Positions 34,537 through 37,130 of a stretch of DNA of 37,130 nucleotides are shown piece after piece (positions within the stretch are counted from its first letter, which is position 1; every line of letters starts with the position of its first letter). This DNA is from Fidelibacterota bacterium. GTDB taxonomy: Bacteria > Fidelibacterota > Fidelibacteria > Fidelibacterales > DSDE01. The stretch is taken from contig JBJKQR010000064.1 of NCBI GenBank assembly GCA_046735395.1, forward strand, positions 1 through 37,130, given 5' to 3'. Position numbers and translations under genes: made by a program. The notes below the pieces were generated by a model. It searched no databases, was not told where the DNA came from, and saw nothing but the letters and a program-made list of their open reading frames with translations.

Positions 34537-37130
34537 CACCGAAGAAGGGTTATTTTTTTCAGGAGCAGACGCGTGTTTCCGGATTCATAGCGAATGAAGT
34601 ACACACCGCTGGGCACCTGCCGGTGCATCTGATCCAGGCTGTTCCAGGAAAAGTGCTGCAGGCCGTCTCCAAAATAGATTTTTCCGCTTGTAAAGATCCG
34701 CTGACCAAGAATATTATAAATAGAAATCGTTGCCGGATCGGGCGTCAGATTGGTCCATTCCACGGTAATGCGGTCATTGAAGGGGTTGGGATAACAGGAC
34801 AGTGCATCTGTGTCCAGCGTCCGGTGAATCACCGGTGAATCACCGCGCTTGAAGATAAATTCCTGATTATAGGGAAGCAGTGCCTGAAATTCATTATGCC
34901 GGCTCAGATAGGTTTCCAGTTCGAGCTCCTGTCCCTTATCATCGAAAGTATAAAAATGCCAGGTATCGTCCTCTCCGCTCCGCATCTTCCTGCTAATCAG
35001 AATTTTTCCATCCTGGGAGGACGATGCATCCGCAAAATATCTTGGCAACTCGTCCTGAACCTTTCCGAGTTTACCGGAACTCGCAGGGCCGCTGCGCAGC
35101 GTCTTCTGTCCCACGTAAACCACCGGTTCTATCGTTGATTCGGAAGCCGGAATCTGTAACGTGATCAGACCGTCAGGACTGGCGAGGCGCAGTGATTTTT
35201 TCCCCAGAGCACTCACGGTCCACTGGTCGGTCAGCACTCCGTAATTATTCCGTTCATCACCCAGCGTAATCTCAAGCTTGTACTGCACTCCGCCGCGGGT
35301 TGTATAGGTCGCGCTGTACACCTTTTCCACCGCATCGAAGAGTGTAAAGGTGATGGCAGTCGGATTTCCATCCTTGTAGAGTTTGCTGTTGAAGCTCTTT
35401 ATCGTTTTATCTCCGGCCACCAGAAACAGAACCCGGTAGGGCATGACCGTATTGTAGACATGCCTGACATTTGCCGCCGGCGGTGTCACATCATTGACGG
35501 ATACATTCACAACGGTGGACACTGAGGAGTCCAGATCGCTGGCAATAAACTGAACCCAGGTTTTGATGGGGCGTGTCCTGTCGACAGGACGAATCGTGAC
35601 TCTGGAATCCTCTGCAATGGACACGGACATCACACTCGTATCCACGATCGTTGTGTATTGGAAAGTCAGGCTTTCCAGAGGCGTATCAAAATCCTTCACG
35701 TAATCAAGCAGAACCAGATTCGTGTCGGATTCATCATTATTGAAGGTAATGGATGGAATTGTACTCCAGACCGGAGGATAGCCCTTCATAACCTTGATAT
35801 GGATCGAATCTGTTTCAGCCTCATGTCCGAACTGGTCCGTCGCCTTCAGGGCAAAATTGACCATTCCCTCAAACGTCACGTCACCCAGAACAATATAAAG
35901 CGAATCATTATCACTGGAGAAGCGTGCGTTCAGGGCGGAGAAATTATCCAGATCAATGATATCGAAGACAAGATTGCTGTCCGGTGTCATATCATCCGAA
36001 ACAAGCGGAAACAGGCTGTAGGCACGGGCGGAATCCTTGTGCGTTATGACATAATCCACCGGCTGTTTCCATCGGGGCGGATCATCCTCTCGCACCCACA
36101 TGGGAACGGCCTTTCGTGAGTAATTACCATCCTTGTCCTGGGCCCGGAAATACAGGGTGTCGGGTTTGCTGCCGGACACGACGCGGCCGGTAACCAGAAA
36201 CAGGGAGTCATTGTCATTGATATAGGGTGAAATAATGCCTCTGAAGGATATCACCGACCAGGTAATACTGTCCACCGGCGTCGTATCATCCAGGACGACT
36301 TTTCTCAAATTGATGTAATACACAGAATCCTGCCAGAAGAGCGTATCCGATGGAATCATGAGAATATTGGGCTTGGGTTCCCGGGAAATGACATAGATCA
36401 GCATGGAGGCATGGGAAATATTTCCGTAACTGTTCATCGCAGTAAATTTCAGCTGGACATGTCCGTAATTCTCTTGTTTGTTCGTACTGACATTCAGAAC
36501 ATGGGAAACGGGATCGACAGAGGCCGTCAGCAGAGTCGTATCCACACTGTCGATACTCCAGCTGATGGCATCATCCGAATCGCGGTAATCCAGGACATAG
36601 TCATCTAGATCCAGAACAGCGTAACTGCTGTCATCCAGCAGGTAATACACGCCGAGTGAATCTATAAGCGGAGCATAGCTGTCAAAAATATAGAGCTGTA
36701 CCGTATCCCGGGTCGTGTTGTGATCGTCATCGGTAATGGTCAGAGCCAGCAGATCCACGGCCAGGTAGGTGCTGTCCGCCTTGAGTACGAGGCTGTCGCC
36801 ATGGACAGACATGAGAATATGCGGATCCGGAAGCTTCGTTTTCCTGTTCAGCGCCTTAAAGGTCCAGGTGAAGGCCCTGGGATCAGGACTGGGATTCACT
36901 TCTCCGTCCTTCAGGATGTCTCTGTCCCGGACGCAGCCCTGAAGTGAAAAAATCTGAGTATATGTTGTATCCTGTGTCAGAATTGTCACATCCGTCATGT
37001 GAGATTCGGGCGGGAAGGACCGGACGGACACGATGAGCGTATCTGTGGCCTGCGCTCCCTGAGCATCGGTAACCGTGAAGGCAACCGGCACATCTCCATA
37101 GAAACTCACCTGCTGGGCATGAAAATTCAG
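34536..37130 (-). CDS. Large secreted protein with tandem cadherin/Ig-like repeats and a T9SS-CTD/FlgD-Ig-like C-terminal domain (5' end outside window)
   Basis: Frame is open to the right edge; about 100-aa repeats with an L...V.D..TP...L/I.W/F pattern; C-terminus YPNPFN...IYNILGQ...W...SGVYFI...KKITLLR. Confidence 0.88.
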   Translation of the reverse strand: MNFHAQQVSFYGDVPVAFTVTDAQGAQATDTLIVSVRSFPPESHMTDVTILTQDTTYTQIFSLQGCVRDRDILKDGEVNPSPDPRAFTWTFKALNRKTKLPDPHILMSVHGDSLVLKADSTYLAVDLLALTITDDDHNTTRDTVQLYIFDSYAPLIDSLGVYYLLDDSSYAVLDLDDYVLDYRDSDDAISWSIDSVDTTLLTASVDPVSHVLNVSTNKQENYGHVQLKFTAMNSYGNISHASMLIYVISREPKPNILMIPSDTLFWQDSVYYINLRKVVLDDTTPVDSITWSVISFRGIISPYINDNDSLFLVTGRVVSGSKPDTLYFRAQDKDGNYSRKAVPMWVREDDPPRWKQPVDYVITHKDSARAYSLFPLVSDDMTPDSNLVFDIIDLDNFSALNARFSSDNDSLYIVLGDVTFEGMVNFALKATDQFGHEAETDSIHIKVMKGYPPVWSTIPSITFNNDESDTNLVLLDYVKDFDTPLESLTFQYTTIVDTSVMSVSIAEDSRVTIRPVDRTRPIKTWVQFIASDLDSSVSTVVNVSVNDVTPPAANVRHVYNTVMPYRVLFLVAGDKTIKSFNSKLYKDGNPTAITFTLFDAVEKVYSATYTTRGGVQYKLEITLGDERNNYGVLTDQWTVSALGKKSLRLASPDGLITLQIPASESTIEPVVYVGQKTLRSGPASSGKLGKVQDELPRYFADASSSQDGKILISRKMRSGEDDTWHFYTFDDKGQELELETYLSRHNEFQALLPYNQEFIFKRGDSPVIHRTLDTDALSCYPNPFNDRITVEWTNLTPDPATISIYNILGQRIFTSGKIYFGDGLQHFSWNSLDQMHRQVPSGVYFIRYESGNTRLLLKKITLLR

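Overview
Bacterial genomic window dominated by a minus-strand flagellar cluster (about 1-31.2 kb). The host is probably an FCB-group organism, inferred from a PNPFN-type C-terminal sorting domain and Gln-at-+1 signal peptides. In transcription order it has four blocks. (1) fliL-fliM-fliY/N-fliO-fliP-fliQ-fliR-flhB-flhA-flhF-flhG-small membrane ORF-fliA, three hypothetical genes, a PAS histidine kinase and a GAF-HisKA protein, behind a sigma54-like promoter. (2) flgF-flgG-flgA-flgH-flgI-flgJ-flgN-flgK-flgL-fliW-csrA behind a sigma54 promoter. (3) A glycosylation island: a 1700-aa methyltransferase+GT4+3xGT2+TPR protein, a cNMP-binding protein and a GT2-TPR protein. (4) The first 17 codons of a flagellin gene at the left edge, missed by the ORF track, with a near-consensus sigma28 promoter and two GGA-loop hairpins typical of CsrA sites. 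The right end holds a divergent Ig+beta-propeller lipoprotein, an 800-bp mosaic of short tandem repeats and hairpins, a TPR lipoprotein and a large truncated cadherin/Ig-repeat secreted protein. The most interesting candidates are a possible split histidine kinase, the five-catalytic-domain glycan assembly protein with its cNMP/CsrA-linked neighbours, and an FlgH that lacks a lipobox but has a hydrophobic C-terminal tail. All calls come from reading motifs by eye; no searches were run.
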